Below, one piece after another: positions 1 through 12,221 of a stretch of 50,058 nucleotides of DNA. A program made the position numbers and the translations under genes. This DNA comes from Craspedostauros australis (Eukaryota), in assembly GCA_030167865.1 (NCBI GenBank), contig JALAGF010006326.1:1-50058 (forward strand), given 5' to 3'. Positions within the stretch are counted from its first letter, which is position 1. Each line of letters begins with the position of its first letter. The notes below the pieces were generated by a model. The model saw only the letters and a list, made by a program, of their open reading frames with translations. It had not been told where the DNA came from and ran no database searches.

Positions 1-28
1 AAATAACTAGTAAAACAACGAACCAACG

Positions 29-2824
29 ATGACGACACCGAGGAGCAAGATGACGAGACCGTCGGGCCAAATGCCGATGGAAGCGTACATCCGAGGAGCA
101 ATCAACAACAACAAAACAACAGGAGGGGATAGAAGAGATGGAGAGGTGCAAGATGGATTGAGCAGGAGAAGAATTGGACAGGAAACGGGCAAGAACGATG
201 GAAAGCAAGGGAGAGGGGCACGAAAAGTCGAGTGTGCAGCGGGGAAGTACTGCAAAGGAAGAGGAAGGGCGACAGCAGCAGTCAGGTGCATTGCGTGCGG
301 AGAGCCGGCACACAGAGAGTGCAGGGCATGGATTTGGCCAGAGGAAGGGCTGACAACACCAAGAGGGTTCCCGGTGATCTGCAACCAATGTATAGCAAAA
401 GAAGGCATTGAAGTCAAAAAAGAGAAAACAGGACAGCAATACGTGGGGTCATCGGAAGACGCCATCCGGAGAGCATTGAGCAAGAAGTGGGGCAAGATGA
501 AGAACGCGAAAGGCAACGACGACGGTACGACGAAGGACGGAGAAGAACTGTAGGGAGAAGAGAGCGAGAAGGTGACACAGTCACAGGAACCGACAGCAAA
601 CGACGAGGATGGGGAAGCAGACGCAGAGGCAAGCGGCAAGCCAGGCAAGGAAGGCAGGGATGCAGAGAGAGCGGACAACAGCAGTGAAGATGAGAATGAA
701 TGGACAGACGAGTGGGAAGAGACTACAAAAGGAGGAGGAGAGGATGCGCAACGAGAGAAAGGAGGTGCAACAGGAGGGAATAAGAAGAGGACTGCAAGAA
801 GCCCACGACATGCGATGCAAGAGGAACAACCACACAAAAGGAAGGACCTGCGTAGAATGGGAGGAGAGAAGGAAACTGAGGAAGCCAAACAAGAAGACAA
901 AAGCAAGAACAAGGAGCAAGAAGGACCAAAGGAGAACGCAATCAACAGTAGCGGCAGCGAGGTACAACAAGAGGAGGCGGCGGAACCCCACAAACCGGAA
1001 GAAAGCATGGATTGTGATGATGCCACACAGGCAGGCAGCAATGAAAGTGGGTTGAACTGGAGGCAAACGGGCCGTGACGAGGCGGTGGAAACGAGGTACT
1101 GCGATGTACAAATGATGATAGAGGGAGGAGACGGGGTGAACGACGCAGGAACGGCGATCGACGCGGCCATTGCGTCATGCAAGGAGTTTCTACAATCGAT
1201 TCAAAGAGTGAATGCGACAGCAAAGCTCATCCCATGGAACCCCTATGAAGATCAGACCATCGTCCACGCCATGGAGTCATTCCCCACCGACATGACCAAC
1301 CTGAAGAAATTCTTCAAAGGCGTACGACCGATCTACAAGGCAGCACGAGAGAAAGGATATTTGAAGGTGAAGATCGAAGCAAAAGGGCAGATCAGCAAAA
1401 TCACAACAGAGCTGACTGACTACTTCCAGCACGTGGGAGGAAGGTTCGAAGTAGCCAAAATCCAGGCACCATCCACAGCAACGCTCGGTTGGCTGCTGTA
1501 TTCTACACAACAGATGGACGCAGACGCCCTGGAAGAGGAGCTCACCAAGCTTGTGAAGACGCAGGTCGCAATCACGTGGAAAAGGATCTCGGACGGAGAG
1601 AAATACGACCCGAACCGGGACACAAAGAAAGATCCCCGGGCGTTGCATGTGGAGTTGAGCACAGAAGACAGAGCTTTGGTGGCAAAGGTACTCGAAGTGT
1701 ACTACAGCACCCAGGCGAAGAAGTTCCCATTGGGGGTACGCATGCGAATCATCACACCCCTCTCAGGAATCGTCAACACCGACATGAGGAAAGGATGGTT
1801 TGAGCTGAGAGAAAGGCAGATGGAATGGTGCCTGAATGTAGTCGCAATGACAACATACGACATCATCCCGGAGTGCCTGCAGGAGATCCCAGAAGGATCG
1901 CACCTAACACTTCAAGAGATGATCATAAGAATCAAGTCGACCTCAGGCAACGTTCGAACGCCTCTGTTCACCTCGGTGGACAAACAATGGAGAGGAAACG
2001 GATACGTGCTCCAATTTCACCCGGACAAAGCAGTAGAAGCCAGAATGGTCGTGAAAGGACTGCTAGTAAAACTGGCTGCCGACTACGGGAGTGATGTGGA
2101 ACGAGTGTTCACTTCAATGGCCCGCGTGGAATCAAGGACGATGCGATGGGACGAAGAGTCCAAACGAGTGATCTTGGAAAAGGACAAAGAGGTCGAAGCG
2201 GCGATGACCATCGACGAGGACATGCACTTCATAACAGACAAGACACAAGAAGAGTCCAGCGACGAGGAGGAGGAGAGATTCGAGAGCAACGTCAGAAAAG
2301 AGAAAGACTACGGAGAAGAAGACACGATTCCATCCATGAGAGACAAGAAGGCATGGCGAAAAATCAAGGAGACGAAGACAGCACAAAGAAAGAAAGCGCA
2401 GAAGAAGAAGGAAGAGGAGGCTTCGGTAGCATCATCTATCACAGAAGGAAGCAGACAGACCACAGGAACACAACGAGAGAAAGTGGCGATGCTGCAAGAA
2501 CAGATGGGGAAAATACTGGAAGCGAGAGCACAAGGGTCAGTAACATCGACACTCTCAGGAAGCACAGGCCGAACGACAGGAACGACAAGGGCGATGATGG
2601 CATCGATGCAGAGACAGATGGAGGAGATGCAAAGAATGTTGATATCAACGAATGAGGAGAATGCAAAACTCAGGTCCGAGAGGCAAGAAGTGCAAGAACG
2701 GACGGATGTAAGACCACTGACGGTCCAGTGCGATATATTAGCCATCAGAATGGGCGACAACCAGGACGAGGTGCACGACAATGAAGGGAACGGGGAACCG
2801 CAAGGTGACCTGGAGAAGGGTTAG
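29..2824 (+). pseudogene. LINE ORF1 (N-terminal PHD-type C4HC3 finger, acidic/charged linker, C-terminal coiled coil); one in-frame TAG at 551-553
   Basis: ORFs 29..553 and 572..2824 are in the same frame. Motif C-x5-C...CxxC-x4-H-xx-C...CxxC (CAAGKYC..CIACGEPAHREC..CNQC). Confidence 0.8.
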
Positions 2825-5800
2825 ACCCACAGGGCAAGATCGACAGCCAGTGGCAGCACGGCGACCGCATCAGAGCCCGCAACGAGCGCCCACGGACGAC
2901 AATGTTATACCGCAACAGCAAGACCGTGGAAAGGACGAGGGAAGCAGAGGGGGACGGATGAGCAGGGTGAGGAGGAACATGCTGCGAAAGCAGACAGGAC
3001 AACTAAGAATCGGACTACAGAACTTCGGAGGGCTGAGAAGCAAAGCAGGCGATGTAGATGAAGGACTGAAGAGATGGATGAATGAAGGGGAGTTCGACAT
3101 CTTCGGAATAACGGAGGTGAATGTGGATTGGAGAACGACAACGACAGAGAACTCACTCAAAGGAAGGATACAAGAATGGTGGCCCACAGGTACGGCAGTG
3201 GCACGAACGGCGAACAATCAAACCAGCGAACCTGTTCATGGCAAACAATGGGGAGGAGTCGCTATGATTAGCAGATTCCAAGCTGCAATACAAATAATGG
3301 ATCAAGGGGAAGACGGCACGAAACTGGAAAGATGGGTCTGGCAACGATACCGAGGAGCACAACAACAAACGCTACGAGTGGTGACGGCATACAGACCGTG
3401 CAGGCCACGAAGCAAAGGGTTCCTGAATACACATGCACAGCAACGAAGATACTTCAACGAGCGGGATAAAGACAGGGAGCCAAGAACAGCGATGATGGAA
3501 GATCTGCAAAAGGAAATCATAAAGTGGCGAAGCGACGGAGATCACATCATAGTGATAATGGACTGCAACGAAGACACGGATTCAACCACAATGACAAGAT
3601 TCAGAGCAGCAACAGGGCTTCACAACACTATGGAGAATGCAGGCAACGATGTGCGACGGATGCCAACTCACCGCCTTGGGAAGGTACCGATCGACGGGAT
3701 ATTTGCAACCGCAGCCGTGAAAGTGGAAGGAGCCGGAATGAGCAACTGGGATGAAGGAATACAAATACGACAGGCAGACCACCGATGCCTGTGGATAGAC
3801 ATAAGCATGGAGGCAGTGCTGGGACAATCGATGGCGACGTTGAGGAAAGCAGTGACAAGAAGAGTGAAGACGGAAGACCCAAGGATCGTCGACAGATTCA
3901 ACATTGCCTACGCAAAGCATCTGAAATTGCACAAAGCAAGGAAGAGAGCATTCCGGTTGGAACGACAAGCAGCAACAGAATGAACGGCGGACATGGAGAA
4001 AGAAGCAGAACGGTTGGATCGAATCAGGGTAGAAGGGATTTGGAAAGCCGACAAAGCTTGTCGAAGGTTGAGGATGGGAGGAATCCCGTATTCCAGGGAG
4101 TACAAGGCAGTCGAAGCCCGGATAGGCATGTGGAACAACATCGTCAGAAAAAGGAAAGGAGCCAACATTTCGTCCACCACCATCGTACGGCTTGCGAAGC
4201 GGGCTCAGGAAGACAGACAAGTGAAGGAACTGATGTGAGTGAACGATGAGGACTTGACGAAGGAACAACAAGCGGCGTACGAGGCACTACGAACATTCCG
4301 AACAAGAGCTACGAAGGCAAGAGAGAACTGGCTGGAGGGGTTAGCGATAGCAAGAGGGAGAGCGGGACCACAATAACAACCGAACACAGAGAAGAGTGAA
4401 ATGGAGGCGACCGAGCAGCAACTACGACAGCTACGTAAGAAAGAGAGAGTGAGGGCAACATACAAAAGGATCAGAACAGCCACAGGAAGCAATACAGCGG
4501 CGGGCATATCAATGGTGATAGCCCCGGATGGCCAAGGAAATTGGGTAGAGCGGACGGGCAAGGAGGAGATCGAGAAAGGATGTATGGAAGAGAACAAAAG
4601 GAGATTCAGGCAAACGGAGGAAACGCCATTCATGCACGGAACCCTGGCGAAGGAATTCGGGTATCTAGGAGTAACCGAGGCGGCCGATAGAACGCTGAAG
4701 GGAGACTATCAGCCGAAATCATGGGTCGACGAAGGAGCAAAAAGATTACTACAAGGGCTGAAATCTGTAGCCAAACAGCAAATCCCAGCCGGAATGACAA
4801 CCGATGAATTCCAGCAAGGATGGAAGAAGGCCAAGGAAGATACCTCCGCAGGGCCATCAGGACTACACTTCGGGCACTTCAAGGCCATCGCTTACCATCG
4901 ATCCAACTCGGATTTCGAAGCCAGCATGACGTCGGTGGCGATGAAGAGTGGGTACTTGTATAAGCGATGGCGGAGAGGAACTGACGTGGAGATCATGAAG
5001 AAGGCCAACAGCTTTCGCGTGGACAAGCTAAGAACGATTGTTCTGTTCGAAGCCGATTTCAACTTCGCGAACAAAGCCATCGGAAGGAAAGCGGCGAAGC
5101 AGGCAGAGCAGCAGAAAGGATTCGCAGAAGAACAATACGGAAGTCGGAAAAGACACCGTGCCATTGATCACGCGCTGAACAAACAACTCACAATGGATTG
5201 GGCAAGACAAACAAGGATCCCGACAGTACTGTGCACAAACGACCTAAAGAGCTGTTACGATCGGATCGTGCACTCGATAGCGTCGTTAGGATTGCAGCGA
5301 CAAGGGATAGCGCAGTCGGAAGTGGTGTGCATGTTCAGCACGCTCCAACACCTTGAGCATTACATCCGAACGGCGTATGGCGAATCCAAGCATACGTACG
5401 GAGGAAGCGGATGGGTGGTGCCTATGCAAGGTATTTACCAAGGAAACGGAGCAGGGCCTGTCATATGGGCAGTGATCTCATCGCCCATACTGGAAGTGAT
5501 GAAGAAGGAAGGGCACACCGCGCGATTTACGACAGCGGTGAGCGGCGAAGACGTGCAGATGGTAGGATATGCATTTGTGGACGACACGGATCTCGTGGTG
5601 AATGCGCGAAAAGGGGAAGGCATACAGGAGGCAATCCAGCGCATGCAACAAAGTGTGACGAGGTGGGAAAGCCTGGCGAGAGCGACAGGAGGAGCGCTAG
5701 TCGTCGAAAAATGCATGTGGTGGGCGATCGACTTTAGATGGGAAGAAGATGGATCATGGAGGTACGCAGAGGATGACGAGAACCCGGCAAGCTTGATGAT

Positions 5801-8516
5801 GCGCGGGACGACCGGGCAGCTACAGAAGATGCCAAGAAGTGAGGCGAGTCAGGCATTCGAGACACTCGGTGTCAAACTCGCTCCGGACGGAAATGGGTCT
5901 GCGATTGAATCGACGCTGCAGGACAAGGCCGAGAAATGGGTGGCATTGGTACGGGCATGGCGAATGAGGAAAGAGGATGCAGAAGTGGCAATGAGAACAG
6001 TGTTGATGAAGAAATTGGAATACGTTCTGCCGGTGGCGCAGCTCTCACGAACGCAATGCGACAATGTGATGCGCCCAGTATGGAGAACGATGATGTCAAA
6101 AATCGGATTCAACAAAGGATTCCCCAGAGCAATGGCGTACGCGTCGCATGAATGGCTTGGGGCCAATATGCATGAGCTTCACACCACACAGGTAGTGGAA
6201 CACGTGAAGATGGTACTGGAGCACGGAAGCAGGGACAACATGACAGGCCGGTTGCTAAGGGGCAGCATACAGGCAATGAAAACTGAAGTGGGCGTAGGCA
6301 GCTCGGCGTTTGAGATCGATTTCAATCAGTGGGCATTTTTAGCGACAGATTGCTGGATCAAGACGGTTTGGCGAGAAACGCATGAGTGCAATATCAGACT
6401 GAAGGAGAAAACAGACACGGCCAGGCCGGTCCATGCAAGAGATGAATGGTTGATGGTGGCACTAACGAGAGAAGGATATAGCAGGGAGCAAAGGATCCGA
6501 CTGAATAGGTGCAGGATAGTGATGAAGGCGGTTAGTGTGGCAGATGTGGTGGAAGCAAGGAGCCGACGAGCAGTGGCGAGAAATCCAATGGAAGAAGGAA
6601 GCAAGTGGAGAGGAAGAGAGCACATCCAATGGCCAAGACAGGGCCCAGTGCCACGGAAAGACTGGGCGCTGTGGAATCAGGCTATGACGCGCATAGCAAA
6701 GACAGCAAGGCACAGTGAGGAGTGGGAATGGGAACAGGTCAGCGCGGTACGGGCCGAGAACGGAAGAAAGCTGTGGACGCGCGAGGGACCAAAAGAGTGG
6801 GCTGAATGGAGAAGCAAGGAAGGAATGGTTCCGGACATGGAGCGATACCAACGCGCGCAACGAGCATCGAGTAGTCCACCGGAAGGCGGGCGAGCAGTGT
6901 TCGTGCAAGAAATACGTCAGGAGATATATGTGGTTGGAACAGGCGGCAGGGTCCAGCGGAGTCAGTCAAAATCAGACAAACGATTAAGCAGGGCGGAAAA
7001 GCAGTGGCTGGAGGCAGTGGCTGCAGGAGATGCAGTAGTGAGTACAGACGGATCGTTCAAAAACGGAAGAAGCACGGCAGTGTACTCACTCAACAGACAT
7101 GGGCGGCGCAAGGGGTTGGTGACAGCAGCAGCAGAGGTGCAAGGCCGCAAACAAGTGCAGAGTGCGTACCGCGCAGAGTTAGGAGGGATACTCCAGGCGT
7201 TGCGACGAGTCGAGAGCATCATGCGGCGCGACCGACAGTGTCACGACATAGCCGGCAAAACGGTGGTTGTGGCATGCGACAACAAAATGGCAGGCATCCA
7301 CGCAGTCCAATACACACAAGACGTCGGTACGGCAGTCCAGCACTTCGACATCCTCCGGGAGATACGGGGTATACAACGCAGGCTGCCCGTGAGGCTGCAA
7401 TACAAGCACGTGTACGGCCACCAGTTGGAAAGAGACCGAGGAGTTGCACGAGACGAATTCGCCTTTTGGAACGACGAAGTCGATAAGCAGGCCGGGGCAG
7501 CGCAGTCGGGCGCAACGGAGTGGAGGGACAATGAGGGAGGCTGCAACGAGTGGTCGGTGTGGCTGGACAGTGAGAAAGTATGCACGAGTTTGACGGAGAC
7601 GCTCCGCAACTATGTACAAGGCCAACGGACCACAGGATGGCAGCGCAAAGTAGGGCGCATCCGTAAGGAGCAGATGTCGGCGGTGGATATTACGGCGGCG
7701 AGATTGGCCATGGGGCAACTCACGGCAAGGCGCAGGCAGTGGGTGGCAAAGCACGCATGCAGCTTCGGGCCAGTCGGCAGAAATATGCACAAGTGGAAAT
7801 TCTGGGCGACCAATCTGTGCCCAATATGCGGGCAGTGCGAGGAAACGACGGATCATGTCATGCAGTGTCAGCACCCAACGGCCGTGGCGGTGCGACGGGC
7901 AGCTATGAAAGAATGGAAAACAGGACTGCGGGCAGGGCGAGGAAGCGGATTGATGGTGCGCGAGTTAGTCAGGCAGGTTGGAGCATGGTGTGACGGTCTG
8001 AGGCTGGAAGGCGAGCAAGGGCCACAGTTGGGCAAGGCAGTTGCAGAGCAGGCAAGTATAGGATGGAATATGATGGTGAGAGGCAGATGGTCTAAGAAAT
8101 GGGGACTAATGCAAGAGCAGACGATGGAGCTCCACGAGCAGCCAGGGACAGCGGCAAACTGGATTGCAAGAGCAATGGTGGGGTTGTGGGAAGTGCGGTG
8201 GAAGGCGTGGGAAGCGAGAAACAAGGTGTTGCACGAAAGCGAGTCAGGGATCGCGGCAGCGAAGTTGACAAGAGAGGCGGCGCGTGCAGTACGCAAAGAA
8301 TGGAGGAAAGGCGTGGGCAACCTAACGGGGGATGACACGCAGCTGCTGACCCTCACAACGGAGGCGGCAGTGAGACGGCAATCGGCAGCGAATCAGTTGA
8401 CGTGGGTGAAGCACGTGCAGGCGGCACGGGCGGCCAGTGCTAGACGGAAAAGGAAGAGGTCCGATTCGACAACAACAGTGGCAGGAAGGGCAAGGCGCGT
8501 CAGGCCGCGGCGTTAA
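2781..8516 (+). pseudogene. LINE ORF2 polyprotein APE-RT-RNase H-Zn finger; in-frame stops at 3981-3983 (TGA), 4236-4238 (TGA), 4374-4376 (TAA)
   Basis: ORFs starting at 2781, 3993 and 4401 share one frame. APE motifs: QNFGG, GITE, MDCN, IDGIF, ADHR. RT motifs: GPSG, LRTI, NDLKSCYD, QGNG, FVDD, LGV. RNase H motifs: TDGS, RAELGG, CDN, HVYGHQ, NDEVD. Zn finger: CPICGQCEETTDHVMQC. Confidence 0.92.
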
Positions 8517-8769
8517 GCGCGGTAGCAGGCAAGCAGCCCTTCGGCCTTACAAAAAGAGAGTGAAGAGCATAGCGGAGGATTCCGGATGCCCAGTGCGGTA
8601 TGTTTTATGGCCTGGTGGAGTGGCAACCAGCGGTAGACCCAGGAGTGAGAGACCTAGGTAGGTCGTTCGAGCGCAGTCGGCCCGTATGGGTTCGCTGTAA
8701 GCCGGCGACGTTAAAGCGTTCGAGGCAACCCTCTGATGGGGGGATAATCAGTGCGTTATTATTATTATG

Positions 8770-8950
8770 TGTAGAGCAAGTACTTCTGTATTGGTGTGTT
8801 GTAGTGTGATATGATGTGTCATATCGTGTATCGTATGGTATGTATGAATATGTAAAAATGGTATGTATGTGCAGTGTGTTGCTGTGTTGTGTTGTGCTGT
8901 ATGGAGGTATCGGACTGAGATGCGCGAACTGCACTGGTGTGTGTGTGTGA
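8770..8950. repeat. Degenerate TG-rich simple repeat tract
   Basis: Runs of TGTRT, TGTTG and (GT)n immediately after the LINE tail. Confidence 0.6.
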
Positions 8951-9017
8951 GTTGTCAAAATGGTGCGCCTTGGCTGACGCCGCGCGATGGAAGCTCTTGT
9001 GAACTGCTCGGAGATGT

Positions 9018-9893
9018 TCAGATGATCATTGGTTTGCTGTAAGCGCTGAAGAGGTTGTAGTCCTCTCTCCGCGAACCGACGGGCTGTTCCTCGTCTTGCT
9101 GCTGCTCATCTTGCGACATCTCCGTGGAAGCGTTCTGCTGTGGCAGATCGGCGTAGTAGGTGATCTCGCTGACGACGGAGAGCTTGGATCTGTTCTTGTA
9201 GATTGAGCGCACCGTCTTGGCGAGGGAGACCACAGGACGCGTCACGGCGCGCACGAGCTTGGATTGCAGGACAAGGTTGCCGGAGCGACCCAGGTTGGCG
9301 GACCAGCCAAGGCCGCGGCTGATCTGCAGCGCCAGCTTGCCAGAGACGATGGACGCCCGCTGCATCGGGAACAGCATGAGCATCGTGAGCTCGGTGGCCA
9401 GGACGACCTTGCCAGCGAACGACGTCGGCAAGATGGGTTCCATGTGCTTCAGGACATCCGATTCGCGGAGGTTCTCAACGAGGAACATGCTGGGTTGCAG
9501 CGACATGGTGTCATCAATCCAGTTCGAAATGTCTTCCTGCGATTCATTCTGCCCAGCCTCATGTCCCATGATGGTGCGAATCTGCAGCCACCAGCTGCTG
9601 AGGGAGGCACTGCCATTGAGGAAGCTGCTGCTGGGATGATCAACTTGCATCATCGCCAATCCCGAATCCGGACGCAGCATGAGGGAAGCCGAGGCCAAAC
9701 TCACCGCCCAAACAGCACCCGCGAGGGCGATCCAGTATGCTCCTGAGGTTCTCATTCTTGTTCGTCTTTGTGTTCCTTTTTCGTTTGTTGTGGTTGCTTT
9801 TTGTGAGCTCTTGTTCACGTTGGCTGTGGCGCTTGTCATCGTTGCGGGGTTCATTGAATTGTGAGCAACGCCAGACATGGTTGCATGAGGCAA
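9018..9893 (-). CDS. Hypothetical protein with a signal-peptide/TM-like segment (true start uncertain, possibly at MRTSGAYW)
   Basis: 291 aa ORF with host-like codon usage and the hydrophobic segment YWIALAGAVWAVSLASASLML. No recognisable domain. Confidence 0.55.
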   Translation of the reverse strand: MPHATMSGVAHNSMNPATMTSATANVNKSSQKATTTNEKGTQRRTRMRTSGAYWIALAGAVWAVSLASASLMLRPDSGLAMMQVDHPSSSFLNGSASLSSWWLQIRTIMGHEAGQNESQEDISNWIDDTMSLQPSMFLVENLRESDVLKHMEPILPTSFAGKVVLATELTMLMLFPMQRASIVSGKLALQISRGLGWSANLGRSGNLVLQSKLVRAVTRPVVSLAKTVRSIYKNRSKLSVVSEITYYADLPQQNASTEMSQDEQQQDEEQPVGSRREDYNLFSAYSKPMII

Positions 9894-9954
9894 GATCTAT
9901 CGCTGTCTTTACGGTGGTGTCGACGTTGTGCCGATGTTGTGCTGTTCTTCTGTC

Positions 9955-9979
9955 GAGAGAGAGAGAGAGAGAGAGAGAG
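9955..9979. repeat. (GA)n microsatellite
   Basis: Seen directly. Confidence 0.95.
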
Positions 9980-10995
9980 TTCTCACGGATGGCCTGTCAC
10001 TTGTGCGTGACTGTATCGATAGTGCGATCTGAGAGATGTGCAGAATATAGTAGGAATCACAGCGACAGTGGTTGCTTTGAGGATCGCAGAGTGCGGAGCA
10101 GTGATAGTGATTCGCTGTTGTCACAACAGAGAGTCAGCAGAAGCTATCTCTCTGCATCTCTGTCTCCCTTCCCTCCTCTCCAAAGCTGAACAGATCAGCA
10201 GAAAGCGAGAGAGTAACGAAGAACGCCCTCTTTGCGCAACTTCAACGATCGCTCAATCAGCCACGTCCACAAGGTACCAACAACCACGCAGGAAATGGAG
10301 AGGCTATGTCCCAATCCACCAACTGGGCCAACACCTCAGACTCCCGGGAATGCCGCAACGCTCCTTCTCATACCAATGCTCCTCTGCATCCAATCTGATC
10401 AGCTGTCTGAGTGTCGGTTGTCTTCACCTCCTGTTCCATGCGAATCGCGGAGTCTCCAAGAATCCGCAACAGTGCCATCTGGTCTTTCGCGTTGTCTCCC
10501 TCGTTGATCGGAATTGATGTGCTTCGTTGTTTCTCCGCCATGGACACGCACACGTCGGTTCTTTCCAACACAAGAACCATTTCGTTCCCAGCTGTCGCTG
10601 ATTGTTCTTTCTCAACATGCGAACACCTATTCACACGACGTCATCTTACTTATGGATCTTCAATGATAGATGACGTATTCTGTCAATGATGACGTCGGGT
10701 TCGTCACCGGACTCGATTTTACTCAGGTGGGTCCATTCACGAGTCACACAAAATTCGACGAAATCGAACAATCTCAGAAAAAGAGATCTTTCGACTCCAA
10801 CCAAACCATCAACATCATCAACACATCTGTGATCTTCGTGGTTGTGACTGAGATCGGAGTTGCGTTGCGTTGCATTGCGTTGCGTTGGACATGGCTGCGA
10901 GGGTGATCATCTCCAATGGAGACCACATCACGAAGCATTCCAGATGAGAGAGTCGCTCTGCATCCGCAACTCTCGCTGCAGAGCACACCACAACA

Positions 10996-11822
10996 ATGAG
11001 CATCCAACAAGCTCAACGACCGCTCGCATTGGTCTTGGGGGTTGCGAATGCCAGATCCATCGCATGGAGCTGCGTCCGCTCCTTTCTCAACAACAACTAC
11101 GATGTCATCCTCATGTATCAGAATGAAAAGATCGGCGCCAAGGTGGAACGGATGATGTACAAGCACATCGGACAGCAGCAACAACAACATAATGCACAAC
11201 AGCAACAACAACATCCGTCATTGACAGGCCTCATCTGCGATGTCCAACACGATATCCCAAAACTCTTTCAACACGTGTCACAACACCATCGTCCATTGCA
11301 TGCCATTGTGCATTCCGTGGCATTTGCCAACAACCTGCACCGACCCTTGCTGAATACCACCTTGGAAGACTACTGTATCAAGAGGCCCATGCCATCTCAG
11401 CATGCTCCCTCATCGAACTGGCACGACATGCACAGCCTCACATGGAACGCCACTCCACCATCACAGCCTTGACGTACTTGGGATCAGTGCGCGCCATCCC
11501 ATTGTATCATGTCATGGGACCGGCCAAGGCCAGCCTGGAATCCATCGTGCGCGGTCTGGCACTGGAGATGGTACCTGTGCGCGTCAACGCGGTCAGCGCG
11601 GGTCCCTTGAACACGGTGGTGGCCAAGGGTGACATTGCCAACTCTGGAGCTATGCGACAGGAGATGCAGGAGCGTGCACCGTTGGGCAATGTGACAGCGG
11701 ATGAGGTTGCGGACATGGTTTCATTCTTGTCGATGGGTGGGACGGGAATCACAGGTCAGACGATCAATGTGGATGGCAGGTACAGCATCGTTGGTGGTCC
11801 AGCGGTGGATTCTGATTTGTAG
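10996..11822 (+). pseudogene. fabI: Enoyl-ACP reductase (FabI-type SDR), frameshifted at 11371-11377
   Basis: First frame: LVLGVANARSIAW, CDV, VHSVAFA. Second frame: ALTYLGS, YHVMGPAKASLE (Y-x6-K), RVNAVSAGP, ITGQTINVDG. Removing 5 nt joins the two frames. Confidence 0.88.
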
Positions 11823-11824
11823 AG

Positions 11825-11890
11825 TGTCGTAGAATGGAATGTCGTAGAATGGAATGTCGTAGAATGGAACGTTGTAAAATGGAATGGAAT
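11825..11890. repeat. 15-bp tandem repeat (TGTCGTAGAATGGAA) x ~4
   Basis: Seen directly just after the fabI stop codon; the last copy is degenerate. Confidence 0.85.
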
Positions 11891-12221
11891 AGAATAGAGC
11901 AGAGTGGATTAGAATAGAGCAGAGTCGATCGTGTAGACTGATGCAGTACGAGTCGATGTGTGTGTTTGGAGTACTCTGCTGCATTGGTCCATGTGCTTGT
12001 AGATATGGAGCTGCATTGGATTGTGTTGTGTTGTATTGCAGAGTGTGTTATGGTGTATTACCGTATGGTATAGTATGGTGGAATTGTATTCTACACGAGT
12101 GAGCATTGCACCCGGTCCCAGCACTGTCGCCTCGAGTGGATGACTCCTCCGTGAGCCAGAACGAACCCAACCGTCCTGGGTTCTATTCTGCTGTGCTCTA
12201 TCCTGTTTGGTACTGGTTCCA

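Larger units (their letters stand above)
1..8768 (+). mobile_element. Non-LTR retrotransposon (LINE), Ambal-like, near full length, inactivated by point stops
   Basis: Two-ORF layout with APE endonuclease, RT, RNase H and a C-terminal Zn finger. Strongly purine-rich sense strand. A ~240 nt 3' UTR ends in a (TTA)n tail at ~8755-8768. The 5' end and TSD are not visible at the window edge. Confidence 0.92.

Noticed and set aside
7..1182. 391 aa Ser/Leu-rich minus-strand ORF, and the other antisense ORFs over the LINE
   Set aside because: These are shadows of the purine-rich sense ORFs and carry no independent motifs.
8725..8755. Possible hammerhead ribozyme (CTGATG) in the LINE 3' UTR
   Set aside because: The core reads CTGATGG rather than CTGANGA, and there is no correctly placed GAAA.
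10232..10700. Short ORFs that might be a gene fragment (e.g. 10368..10634 minus; similarly 17329..17769 minus)
   Set aside because: Too short and without identifiable motifs.
11825..11890. CRISPR-like array
   Set aside because: The 15-bp repeats are contiguous, with no spacers and no cas genes, in a eukaryotic context.
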